From the NCBI GenBank assembly GCA_040388575.1, contig JAZKBO010000003.1, forward strand, positions 1 to 52,714: DNA of 52,714 nucleotides. Direction: 5' to 3'. The notes beneath the pieces are model-generated. The model was not told where the DNA came from. It ran no database searches and saw nothing but the letters and a program-made list of their open reading frames with translations. Position 1 is the stretch's first letter. The number at the start of each line of letters is the position of its first letter. Source of the DNA: Patescibacteria group bacterium (GTDB taxonomy: Bacteria > Patescibacteriota > Minisyncoccia > Phycocordibacterales > UBA9973). A program made the position numbers and the translations under genes. Below, one piece after another: positions 17,702 through 27,077 of the stretch.

Positions 17702-18752
17702 AGGCCTCTTCCGCGAATTTTTTCTTGATTTCTTTTAGGATATCGCTGCCGATCTTTTTATTTTCTTTCAGGAATGTTCTAGTAGCATCATAGCCGACTC
17801 CAAGTTTAACTTTTTCGGCCTTCTCGCCAGCTGGTAGGTAAAAGTAGGAATTGCCTGTTTTTTCAATAATTTTAAATTTTTCACCCAAGGCCATGATTTC
17901 ACCTTCTTTAGAAATGCCTTCGTTGTAAATAATATCAAATTCCGTTTGCTTGAAAGGCGCCGCAACTTTATTCTTTACTATTTTTACTCGAGTGCGAGAG
18001 CCAACAACTTCCTCACCTTTCTTTATCTGCGCGATTTTGCGAATGTCTAAACGTACTGAAGTGTAAAATTTCAAAGCCTTACCCCCTGGAGTAGTTTCTG
18101 GATTGCCGAACATCACGCCTATCTGCATGCGGATTTGGTTGATGAATATCACCACCGTCTTAGAACGTGCAACAATTGCTGTGAGCTTGCGGAGCGCTTG
18201 GGACATAAGCCTGGCTTGTTTACCCACATGATATGCGCCCATGTCACCTTCGATTTCATCTTTAGGGGTTAGAGCCGCTACAGAGTCCACCACAATCACA
18301 TCGATTTTACCGGTGCGCACGAGGCTTTCTACTATTTCCAGGGCTTGCTCGCCGTTATCAGGTTGTGAAATTAAAAGATTATTTATATTTACTCCGAGCT
18401 TCTTGGTATATTCCGGGTCCATCGCATGCTCCGCATCAATATATGCGCAAACGCCGCCGAGCCTCTGGGCCTCACCGACGATGTGCAGTGACAGGGTAGT
18501 CTTACCAGAGGACTCTGGTCCGAAGATTTCAATAATTCTCCCGCGCGGTATGCCGCCCACGCCGAGCGCCATATCCAGGCCGATGGAGCCAGTAGGTATG
18601 ACATTGATGTCCACCTTCGGCGAATCGCCGAACTTCATAATGGAGCCCTCACCGAATTTGGTCTGGATGGACTTTAGTGTGTCTTCTAGCATGGTGTCGC
18701 CACCGCCTACTGTTTTGTCTGCCTTCTCTTCCTTTTTAGTTTTCTTTAACAT
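17700..18752 (-). CDS. recA: Recombinase RecA
   Basis: [43 protein letters not shown]. Confidence 0.99.
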   Translation of the reverse strand: MLKKTKKEEKADKTVGGGDTMLEDTLKSIQTKFGEGSIMKFGDSPKVDINVIPTGSIGLDMALGVGGIPRGRIIEIFGPESSGKTTLSLHIVGEAQRLGGVCAYIDAEHAMDPEYTKKLGVNINNLLISQPDNGEQALEIVESLVRTGKIDVIVVDSVAALTPKDEIEGDMGAYHVGKQARLMSQALRKLTAIVARSKTVVIFINQIRMQIGVMFGNPETTPGGKALKFYTSVRLDIRKIAQIKKGEEVVGSRTRVKIVKNKVAAPFKQTEFDIIYNEGISKEGEIMALGEKFKIIEKTGNSYFYLPAGEKAEKVKLGVGYDATRTFLKENKKIGSDILKEIKKKFAEEA

Positions 18753-18755
18753 GGT

Positions 18756-19100
18756 TTAATAAATTAACTGATAATCTTCCTCATCGATATGACCAAATTT
18801 ATCTTCTGCTCTAATACTAATTAAATTATACCCTGGAAGCAAGGCGATATTTTCACTAAAATCCCCACCTTGGCTTACCGATATATCCCTGCCATTTAGG
18901 CTTAATTTATTAGCGTTTTTTGCGTTTCCGGTAACTAAAAGGGGGTTGGTGGTAACCTTTTCCCCGTTTACGATATTAACATTTTTTATTTTAACCCCCA
19001 CTATCAAATCGTAGGACCGAAAGAGGGCATATCCTATCAAAATTACAAAGAAAAGAATTATCCCGGAGATCTTCAGAAGTTTCTTAACATCCTGCGTCAT
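18756..19100 (-). CDS. Small membrane-anchored Ig-like hypothetical protein
   Basis: N-terminal TM, G.F.E.I.L.PG.N.I.I.AED..G beta motif; overlaps the ftsK stop. Confidence 0.65.
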   Translation of the reverse strand: MTQDVKKLLKISGIILFFVILIGYALFRSYDLIVGVKIKNVNIVNGEKVTTNPLLVTGNAKNANKLSLNGRDISVSQGGDFSENIALLPGYNLISIRAEDKFGHIDEEDYQLIY

Positions 19101-21301
19101 ATTATATTATTGCCCGCTTCATCGTGTGAAATTTTCTCCAAGACATCTCGCGGTTTGGCGCCGTCGCCCGGCCCGATAACTCCACGCTCCTCAAGTTTAT
19201 CCATCAGTCGTGCTGCGCGAGCGTAGCCTAATTTCAATTTTCTTTGAAGGTACGAGGTGGAGGCCTTACCGGCTTCGATCACACAGGCTCGAGCTTCCTC
19301 ATACATTTCATCATCATCTTCACTGTCTTCATCCTCGAGTGTGCTTTCAAAAATACTTTTATCTGCGGAAATTGATCCTGAGGTCAGTGCAATTTCCTCC
19401 ATTACTTCATCCCTGTATGCATCTGCTAAATATTTCACCACCTTCTTCACTTCACCCTCGGAGATAAATGCGGACTGCAAGCGCTCGGGTTGAGCCTCCC
19501 CAGAGGAGTACAACATGTCTCCGGCTCCCAGCAACTTTTCTGCACCACCAGCATCTAATATTGTGCGGGAGTCTATTTGTGAAGATACTTTGAGTGCTAC
19601 ACGGGCAGGTATGTTGGCTTTGATCAAGCCGGTAATGACATTCACCTCCGGGCGCTGGGTAGAGACGATTAAATGTATACCCACTGCACGTGACATCTGG
19701 GCAAGGCGCACAATAGCGGCTTCCAGCTCCCTCGGGTATGAGCTCATGATATCCGCTAGCTCGTCGATGATAATGACAATGTAAGGCATGCGGTCAGCAT
19801 CCACTTCAGTTTCGATACCTTCAGCATTTTTCTCCATCTTTTTAGGATTTTTACCCCAGACATTATTATGGTAGGACTCTATATCGCGCACGGATTCCGT
19901 TTCCAATATGTCATAGCGGCGATCCATTTCCTTCGCAGCCCACTTAAGCGCTAGGATTGTCTTCTTAGCTTCAGTGATAACTGGGGTCAGGAGGTGGGGG
20001 ATGTTGTTATATAGTGTAAGTTCAACTCGCTTCGGGTCGATAAGAATAAATTTCAAATCGTCCGGGCCGTTCCTGTAAAGGAGGGAAGTAATAATAGAGT
20101 GTATAGCCACAGACTTTCCTGAACCAGTTGTTCCAGCTACCAGAGCATGCGGCATCTTGGCTAAATTACCAAAGACAGCCTTACCGGATATACCGCGGCC
20201 GAGTGCGATAGTAAGGGGTTTCGGGGAGTCTTGGAATTTTTCGTCACCGAGCAGTGTGGCGAGGCCCACGATAGATTTGGATTTATTTGGAATTTCAATA
20301 CCGACTAGTGACTTACCCGGAATCGGAGCTTCGATGCGGATAGGGTGGGCGGCCAGCGCCAGCGCCAAGTCATTCTGCAGCCCGACGATGCGCGAGAGCT
20401 TCACACCTTCAGCGGGCTTGAGTGCATAGCGAGTCACTGTCGGCCCGATAGTAATTTCATCCATCTCAACTTCAATGCCGAAGTTTGCCAAGGTGCGGCG
20501 GATAATATTTGAATTTGCTTTTACATCTCCAGTATTTGGTTTACCTTTGTCTTCCTCAAGGAGTGAGAGTGGGGGAGGGGTGTAAGTTGAAATTAATCCG
20601 CCACGGCGCTTTTTAATCGGGATTTCTTCCTCAACTGCTTCTGCCACCACGCCTTTTTTAATTCCAAGAGCCTTTTTTATTTTTTCACCAGCGCTCTCCT
20701 CGTCCTCTTCACTTATTTCTTCCTCTTCCTCAACCTCTTCTTCCTCATCTTCCACCTCCGTTTCTTCCTCTTCCTCCACTTCCTTTTTGCCGAATAGGGC
20801 TTTAATTCTTTTCCATAGCGGAACCAAGCTCAACTTGGCATCGAACATTATTAAAATAGAAATTATTAAAATTGCGCCCAGGAAAACCAAACTTGCATAT
20901 GTATCAAAAAGATACATAAAAGGAGTGGATAGAACCATTCCCAATAACCCACCAGAATGAGTACCGGATGCTACGTCGATCATACCTAAACTTGAAAGTA
21001 GAAACATTATACCGCTCACCGTGCGAGTCCAGCCGATGTTTGGTCCCTCTCTTTTTAAAAAGGAGATTCCGATAAGTATGAAGAGGATAGGGAGCAAGAT
21101 ATAACCCACGCCCAAAAGGTAGCCTATTTTATCGTAAACTAAAGTTCCCGCTACCCCCGCAATATGCAAACGCGACATTAAAAAAAATATCGCAAAAACA
21201 AAAAAGATTACTGCCCGTATGCCATGTTTTGTTTCAGTTTTTAGTTTGGGAGTGTTCTCTCGTTCGCGTTCAACTTTTTTCTTATTCCCGCTTTTTGCCA
21301 T
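19097..21301 (-). CDS. ftsK: DNA translocase FtsK/SpoIIIE
   Basis: N-terminal TMs, RIEAPIPGKS, GTTGSGKS Walker A, IDELAD, STQRP, gamma domain LQRKLKLGYARAARL. Confidence 0.98.
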   Translation of the reverse strand: MAKSGNKKKVERERENTPKLKTETKHGIRAVIFFVFAIFFLMSRLHIAGVAGTLVYDKIGYLLGVGYILLPILFILIGISFLKREGPNIGWTRTVSGIMFLLSSLGMIDVASGTHSGGLLGMVLSTPFMYLFDTYASLVFLGAILIISILIMFDAKLSLVPLWKRIKALFGKKEVEEEEETEVEDEEEEVEEEEEISEEDEESAGEKIKKALGIKKGVVAEAVEEEIPIKKRRGGLISTYTPPPLSLLEEDKGKPNTGDVKANSNIIRRTLANFGIEVEMDEITIGPTVTRYALKPAEGVKLSRIVGLQNDLALALAAHPIRIEAPIPGKSLVGIEIPNKSKSIVGLATLLGDEKFQDSPKPLTIALGRGISGKAVFGNLAKMPHALVAGTTGSGKSVAIHSIITSLLYRNGPDDLKFILIDPKRVELTLYNNIPHLLTPVITEAKKTILALKWAAKEMDRRYDILETESVRDIESYHNNVWGKNPKKMEKNAEGIETEVDADRMPYIVIIIDELADIMSSYPRELEAAIVRLAQMSRAVGIHLIVSTQRPEVNVITGLIKANIPARVALKVSSQIDSRTILDAGGAEKLLGAGDMLYSSGEAQPERLQSAFISEGEVKKVVKYLADAYRDEVMEEIALTSGSISADKSIFESTLEDEDSEDDDEMYEEARACVIEAGKASTSYLQRKLKLGYARAARLMDKLEERGVIGPGDGAKPRDVLEKISHDEAGNNII

Positions 21302-21402
21302 AGGGGTATTTTAACACATTTTTTAGCAGATATTCAGCAAGAATAATTTTTTTTATTTGGTTTGTTTTAAGCGGAAACGATTTGTTGTTTTAGACGGACT
21401 TG

Positions 21403-21455
21403 GGAGCGCGGCGGCGCGAGCACGAGGAATTTTTCAGCAGAAAAATATCCGTACC
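21403..21455 (+). repeat. Dispersed GC-rich intergenic element, copy 1
   Basis: GGAGCGCGGCGGCGCGAG...ATTTTTCAGCAGAAAAATA; near-identical blocks at 28350-28408. Confidence 0.7.
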
Positions 21456-21499
21456 GTATAAAGCAATAAATTGTTGAAGCTGGGCCTTGCCTTTTATCC

Positions 21500-22314
21500 T
21501 GTCCTATATATAATGGACAAATGCCAGGAGATGAAAACAAGTTAAAGGACTCCACACAAGGCGCCTCCAATCCTTATCAGACAACTGTAAGTAATATGTC
21601 CTTTTCCTTGTCCTATACTAAAACAAACAAGCTAATTACAGCTCTTTATATGGTCACGGACATCCTAGACCAAAGTGAGCCACTTCGAAATAAATTAAGG
21701 ACATTAGGCACGGAAATCATATCGGACATATACTCCATCTCACTCTTCTCGGACGTTAATAGGTCTATAAAGGTCAGCAATAAAATTACTGAAACTATTT
21801 CCTTCCTTGATCTAGCTGGAGCAGTAAATATTATATCTGGCATGAACTGTAATATTCTAAAAAAGGAGTTTTTTGAACTTAAAAAATCAGTAGAAGAGAC
21901 AATACAAAAAACTGATTCCTTCGAGGTCCAAACAAACCTCGCGGATTACTTCAAAGAGGAATTACCTCCACCATCCCAATACAAACCCTCTAATCAAATT
22001 ACTACGTCCTATAAAAATAACTCTATCAGACATCTTCAGCCCGCAAGGATCGGGGTTCAAAAGGGGAGCACTCTAATGAAGGCTTTGTCCGATATGAGCG
22101 CCACTCGCCAGGGAGGAGCTATTTTAAATGACCTTAAGAAAGAAAGACGAGAAGAGATAATCTCTATAATAAAAAGTTTTTCAAATGATCGCTCCGAACC
22201 CATCGGCGCAACCATAACGGACATCAAAGGTAAAGCTAAAGGACAGCTTGCTACCCACAGTGAAAAAACGTTACAACGAGAGTTGATAGCAATGGTAACG
22301 GACAATGTCCTTTA
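21500..22314. repeat. Array of TAWNRGACA 9-mers in both orientations across promoter and CDS
   Basis: 11 exact copies counted by eye (starts 21500-, 21511+, 21575+, 21609-, 21720+, 22024+, 22086-, 22215+, 22237+, 22296+, 22306-) plus several one-mismatch copies. Confidence 0.85.
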
Positions 22315-22360
22315 CAAGACTGGATCTAAGCGTTGGTCACGCTATTTTGTAACAAAGTAG
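21521..22360 (+). CDS. Hypothetical protein: N-terminal helical bundle + C-terminal winged-helix DNA-binding domain
   Basis: R...II.II......TITDI....SEKTLQRELIAMV...VL.K.G..RWSRY resembles DeoR-like wHTH; promoter TTGCCT-16-TATAAT with ATG 6 nt downstream. Confidence 0.75.
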   Translation: MPGDENKLKDSTQGASNPYQTTVSNMSFSLSYTKTNKLITALYMVTDILDQSEPLRNKLRTLGTEIISDIYSISLFSDVNRSIKVSNKITETISFLDLAGAVNIISGMNCNILKKEFFELKKSVEETIQKTDSFEVQTNLADYFKEELPPPSQYKPSNQITTSYKNNSIRHLQPARIGVQKGSTLMKALSDMSATRQGGAILNDLKKERREEIISIIKSFSNDRSEPIGATITDIKGKAKGQLATHSEKTLQRELIAMVTDNVLYKTGSKRWSRYFVTK

Positions 22361-22550
22361 CCTATTTGGGGTAGTAGGGGTGACTTACGCAATATTTGAG
22401 CCCGAGTTACGTCATTAGCTAAGGACCCTATATTTCATTATGATTTGCATTTTGCTCCTAAATATGCGAATATAGGGTTGTGGATTGATTCTATTATATG
22501 AGTCGACTTTAGCCTTATAAAATAAGCGCTTAAGTTATCCACATAATATA

Positions 22551-22861
22551 TTGCCCTATTTCGGTGGTATATTATAATGGTTCTGTGATTATGTGATGCG
22601 CATGTTTTATGTGCGTTATGTGTCGCAGAATTGAATTTGTTTTTTACTTATGATTTCGTCGAAAAAATCATTCGTTAAAAAGCAAAGGAAAGGTCATTGA
22701 AAACTGAATAGCTATGTTTTCAATGTATGTTTATATCTGTTCATTATTATTTCCGCTGCATTATAATTCATTATTAATTATTAGCGGAGAGGTAATGATA
22801 GGAAAAATACGCTTTTAGTTTTGTCGAAACTAATTAATGGCGTAGCAATTAAAAAAAATTT
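22551..22861 (+). promoter_or_regulatory. Promoter and long structured 5' leader of S-layer-like gene
   Basis: TTGCCC-16-TATAAT (22551-22578); hairpins at 22581-22630, 22695-22725 and about 22741-22800. Confidence 0.55.
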
Positions 22862-24907
22862 ATGAGTAATGTATTAAAATCAAAATTCTTTCTTGGAGTC
22901 ATGATTGTTGCAGCTTTTGCTGTTGTTCTCGCAATGTCTGCGAGCTTCGCTCTTGCTTACACACATTCAGTAACTCTTAAGATGGGTTCAACTGGTTCAC
23001 AAGTTATGAGTCTTCAACAGGCTCTTAACGGAGCTGGCTTTCTAGTTTCTGCAACTGGCGCAGGTTCTCCAGGAATGGAATCAACTTTCTTCGGTGCAAA
23101 AACAAAGGCAGCTGTAATATCCTTCCAAGCAGCTCATGGTCTTACTGCTGATGGCGTTGTCGGTCCTATGACTGGCGCAGCTCTCGGTGGTTCAGTGTCT
23201 GGTAACTTCCCAGCTGGATGTACTTCAGCTTCAGGTTTCAGCACAACCACAGGTATGCCATGTAATAGTGGTCCATCTACTGGTCTTCCAGCAGGATGTT
23301 CTTCTACTATGGGATACAGTATGACTACTGGTCACAAGTGTGATGGTAGTGACACTGGTTCTTCAACAGGCGGAACACTTTCTGGCGGCGAAACTACAAT
23401 CGATAATTTGAAAGTAGAGTCTGCGGACGATACTTCTATTACTGAAGGTGATTCAAAGGCAGAAGTTGCTCAAATCAAATTCACTGTTAAGGATGCTGAT
23501 GCTCAGCTAACTCGCCTTGACCTTGCCTTTACTGCCGGTGGTGGTAATGATGAGACTCGCCCATGGAATACTTTTGACAAGGTCTACTTGATGGATGGCA
23601 GTAAAGTCCTCGCATCAATTGATTCTTCTTCAAAGACTGACTGGGATGAGGTAGGTTCATCTGGTGATTATCGCATTCGTATGTCTGGTATCAATGCTAA
23701 CTTCAATGAAGGCACGCACGCTATTCTTTCAGTAGCTGCTGACGTTGCGGATAATGTTGACTCTGGAAACGATGGTGAGGACTGGAATGTAAAGCTTGAT
23801 GACCAATCATCTTCTACTGGTGCTCGTTTTCTTGACGGCGCTGGGGTAGATACAGTTGATAACGGTTCAGGAAGTGCTGATTTCACAATCGACGCTTCAG
23901 GCGTAAACACTGACGTTACAATAACTAAGGACACTTCAAGTCCTGCAGCTGGTACTTTGCAAGTTGACAATACATCTTCAACTACTGAAACTGTCGCAGT
24001 CTTTAAAGTAAAGGCTGACGCTGACGGTGGTGATGTGAAGATAGATGACTTCCCAATAAGTATTACTGTTGCCAACGGCACCACAGATGGGAGTAAAGTT
24101 ATCAGTGATGTTATGCTCATCGTAGATGGCACAACTTACACAACTGACAACATTGCAGACTCAACTGGTAGTAATGCTACAGATGGCTACTTCCACTTCG
24201 GTGATATCGAAGATGATAATGTAGTTATCAACGCTGGTGATACTATGAAGGTAACTGTTAAAATTAAATTCAAGTCACAAGATGGTGGTACTAACTACTC
24301 CAACGCTGAAACCGTTGTTGTTCAGTCACAGGCCGCTTCAGGTGATTTCGAGGACGCAAGCACTGGGGATGATATCGGCACTGTAAGCGGTACTCCAACT
24401 GCTGAGACCCAACAGCTCTTTGCTGAAGGCTTACAAGTCTCCAACTTCAAAGTTGTAGGCGGTAACCCATCAAAGACTGAGGATACTAACGGTTTGGCTA
24501 CAAAGTTGACTTGGGTAGTAAGCTTCGATGTAACAGCATTTGGTGATACATTTTATATCCCAAAGACTGTTGTTCTAGGTACTACTTCAACTACAGCAGG
24601 TTTGACATACACAATGTATGATGAAACTGCTGGAGCAACAACCACATCCGGAGTAGAAACAGCATCAAGCTTGAGTTCAACTGCTGATGACACTGATCAC
24701 ACCGGTTACTACACTGTGAACGAGGGTGATACTGAAACCTTTACTGCTACAATATCAGAAGGGGCAACAGGTATTACCGCTGGTCACTTTATTAAAGCTC
24801 AACTACAGAAGCTTGGTTATAACACTGATGGCGTAAGTAACGTTACACAGGTTGACCTGCTTCCAGCTAGTGACTACGACACTTTGTCAGGTTCTCTTGG
24901 TAACTAG
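22862..24907 (+). CDS. Secreted peptidoglycan-binding-domain surface (S-layer-like) protein
   Basis: Signal peptide, LKMGS.G..V..LQ..L...FG..T..AV..FQ..HGL..DG.VG..T PG_binding_1 motif, two Cys repeats, S/T/D/G-rich beta body, strongly biased codons. Confidence 0.8.
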   Translation: MSNVLKSKFFLGVMIVAAFAVVLAMSASFALAYTHSVTLKMGSTGSQVMSLQQALNGAGFLVSATGAGSPGMESTFFGAKTKAAVISFQAAHGLTADGVVGPMTGAALGGSVSGNFPAGCTSASGFSTTTGMPCNSGPSTGLPAGCSSTMGYSMTTGHKCDGSDTGSSTGGTLSGGETTIDNLKVESADDTSITEGDSKAEVAQIKFTVKDADAQLTRLDLAFTAGGGNDETRPWNTFDKVYLMDGSKVLASIDSSSKTDWDEVGSSGDYRIRMSGINANFNEGTHAILSVAADVADNVDSGNDGEDWNVKLDDQSSSTGARFLDGAGVDTVDNGSGSADFTIDASGVNTDVTITKDTSSPAAGTLQVDNTSSTTETVAVFKVKADADGGDVKIDDFPISITVANGTTDGSKVISDVMLIVDGTTYTTDNIADSTGSNATDGYFHFGDIEDDNVVINAGDTMKVTVKIKFKSQDGGTNYSNAETVVVQSQAASGDFEDASTGDDIGTVSGTPTAETQQLFAEGLQVSNFKVVGGNPSKTEDTNGLATKLTWVVSFDVTAFGDTFYIPKTVVLGTTSTTAGLTYTMYDETAGATTTSGVETASSLSSTADDTDHTGYYTVNEGDTETFTATISEGATGITAGHFIKAQLQKLGYNTDGVSNVTQVDLLPASDYDTLSGSLGN

Positions 24908-24954
24908 TAATAGTTCTCAATAAACCTACTGGTTGATACACCTTAAAACGTATT

Positions 24955-24989
24955 ACAAAAAGCCACCCTCCGGGGTGGTTTTTTGTTTT
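24955..24989 (+). terminator. Intrinsic terminator
   Basis: ACAAAAAGCCACCC-TCCG-GGGTGGTTTTTTGT. Confidence 0.85.
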
Positions 24990-25019
24990 CTTATAGAGAT
25001 AATTTGCTATAATATAAGA

Positions 25020-27029
25020 ATGAAAGAAGAGGTCCAGAAAATCACTTGGCAGATACGAGCTATGCAAACTACTCTCTACCTCATGGCAGGGCTCATCCCA
25101 CTATATGTCTCCACCAGCCATTTGTTTTCTTTTACCACCTCCAAAGCATTGTTGATGATCCTAGGAGCAGTAATCTTGGCAATTTTTTACTTTTTAGAAA
25201 AGATTTCTGAAAAAGAAACTACCTTACAACTTTCTTTGGTCCATGGATTTTTATTGTTTTATCTTCTATTGATTAGTCTAAGCGCGTGGCATGGTATAAA
25301 CCCTACGCTTTCATTTTTTGGAAATTTAACTAATGGAGTGGGAGTTAATTTGATCATATCGCTTTCGGTACTAGCTGCCGTTCTTGGTTTTCTGATTAAA
25401 AAGGATCCAAAGTTTCTTATACGACTACTTTGCGTCTCATTGATAACTAGCATCATAGTAGCCGTAGGCACATATTTTATTCACACTTTTCCGACTACGG
25501 ATGAAGGCTCAACCCTCGGCAATTCATCATACGCAGGAGCATATTTGTTTCTAAATATTTGTTTTGCAATTATTATCTTTATTTCCCAAAAGAAAATATG
25601 GCAAAAAATACTTACAGGGGTGGGTACAGCAATAATAGTTTTTTCCCCAATATTTTTTAATGTTGCTATTTGGAAAGGCCAAGTAACGCTGGGCAGTATT
25701 TTCCACAACCCCTTGCTTCTTATGGGTTCTGCTAATGGTGCTGGGGTGGGCTTGGTAGTGGCGCTAGTTTTCATTATTTCACTATTTCTAACACGCTCCA
25801 ACAAAAAAACTACACAAAATATCAGTGTTGGAATATTTATTATTTTCCTAATCAGCTTCTTTGTGGTGGGCAGTATGCTTTTAAATCCTAATACTAATCT
25901 TCACCAAAAATACGTGGAACAAAAAACAAACAATAGATTTCTATTTTGGGATATTGCCCGAGAAGGTCTTATAGAGCATCCCGCCTTGGGCGTAGGGATG
26001 AATAACTACAGTTACTTATTTCAAAGTCATTTTACCCCTGAATTTTTAGGGGAGGGCTATCACTATGAACCTTGGACAGACAACCCGCACAATATGTTTT
26101 GGGAATATGCTGCAAACGGTGGAATCCTAGGATTAATCTCTTATCTTATCCTAATCGCAGGGACAATAATTGTTCTATATAAAATATCAGGCAAGGAGGA
26201 TAATCCTGACCAAAGAATCATTGCAATTATTTTAGCAGGTGGCCTCGCTGGATATTTTGTGCAATCTCTTTTCATTTTTGACACGCCCGTGCCGCTCTTT
26301 TTTATGTTTATTATTATAGGCGCCACTATTGGGCTTTCCGAGACCAAGAATATAATATGGCCAAGTAAGTATAATGGTATAAAAATAGCTATCTCCTCAA
26401 TAGGAATTGTCGCAGTTTTAGTGGCATCCTTCTTTATATTTTTTAAACCTTGGGAAGAAACTAAGGCCTGGATAGGGTATACCAATCCCACCACAATTAT
26501 TAATGCTAAAAATACTCCCCAACAAATATCAGGTATGGGCGATGCTGCCGACAGTGCATATGTGGCAGGCAAAATAATTGACCAAATAAACAGTCAACTC
26601 CCTAAAATGACACCGGAAGAAAGAAATTCCCAAATTAAAGTTGTAGCAAGTTTGCTGAATAATCTAGAAGAAGAATTAAAGACAGGAAATGATAATTTCC
26701 GCGGGGAGTGGGTAGCGGGGCAAATTCTCGACCTACTTATATTCCTACAAGGCAAAGCTGACCTAGAATTAATTAAAAAAGCACAAGACCATTTCCAAAA
26801 AGCCTATCAAATAAACCCAAATAACCCTCTTTTATACCTAGATATGTCCCAGTCATATATTTTTGAAAATAAGTTCAATGTTGCATATGGGTGGGTCCGC
26901 GCCAGCATTGCCCTAGCTCCACAAAATCTATACGCTTACAAAATTGCCGGCCGCATACTCCAAGCTGCGCCTAATAAAAGCTTTGAGAACTATGCAAAAA
27001 CAATGATGGCAAGATGGATCAAAAGATAA
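25020..27029 (+). CDS. O-antigen ligase-like (Wzy_C) membrane protein with C-terminal TPR-like region; putative O-oligosaccharyltransferase
   Basis: About 12 TMs, STLGNSSY, R...W...P..GVG..NY, D.PHN...E....GGILG; ATG 25020 follows TGcTATAAT. Confidence 0.78.
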   Translation: MKEEVQKITWQIRAMQTTLYLMAGLIPLYVSTSHLFSFTTSKALLMILGAVILAIFYFLEKISEKETTLQLSLVHGFLLFYLLLISLSAWHGINPTLSFFGNLTNGVGVNLIISLSVLAAVLGFLIKKDPKFLIRLLCVSLITSIIVAVGTYFIHTFPTTDEGSTLGNSSYAGAYLFLNICFAIIIFISQKKIWQKILTGVGTAIIVFSPIFFNVAIWKGQVTLGSIFHNPLLLMGSANGAGVGLVVALVFIISLFLTRSNKKTTQNISVGIFIIFLISFFVVGSMLLNPNTNLHQKYVEQKTNNRFLFWDIAREGLIEHPALGVGMNNYSYLFQSHFTPEFLGEGYHYEPWTDNPHNMFWEYAANGGILGLISYLILIAGTIIVLYKISGKEDNPDQRIIAIILAGGLAGYFVQSLFIFDTPVPLFFMFIIIGATIGLSETKNIIWPSKYNGIKIAISSIGIVAVLVASFFIFFKPWEETKAWIGYTNPTTIINAKNTPQQISGMGDAADSAYVAGKIIDQINSQLPKMTPEERNSQIKVVASLLNNLEEELKTGNDNFRGEWVAGQILDLLIFLQGKADLELIKKAQDHFQKAYQINPNNPLLYLDMSQSYIFENKFNVAYGWVRASIALAPQNLYAYKIAGRILQAAPNKSFENYAKTMMARWIKR

Positions 27030-27077
27030 ATAATTCTTGCTAATCATGGGGTTTTTGTGTAGAGTAAAAAATACATC

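Noticed and set aside
20690-20790. Low-complexity TCTTCC/TCCTC repeats in ftsK
   Set aside because: They encode the Glu-rich linker of FtsK and are not an independent DNA repeat.
21500-22314. CRISPR array or protein tandem repeat as an explanation of the 9-mer array
   Set aside because: Units are 9 bp, irregularly spaced, in both orientations and different frames; there are no cas genes and no amino-acid periodicity.
22361-22580. oriC or dif in the intergenic region after the wHTH gene (perfect DnaA box TTATCCACA at 22535-22543; CATAATATATT resembling a dif half-site)
   Set aside because: There is only one perfect box (another isolated one is at 51063-51071), no dnaA/dnaN nearby, no XerD arm (TTATGTTAAAT), and gene orientation stays mostly + on both sides. 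A GC-skew analysis would be needed to reopen this.
24933-25019. N-terminal extension of the ligase-like ORF given in the ORF track
   Set aside because: It runs through the S-layer terminator and the -10 box; ATG 25020 is the better start. Similar reasoning trims the track starts at 11397, 14843, 17202, 40120 and 48395.
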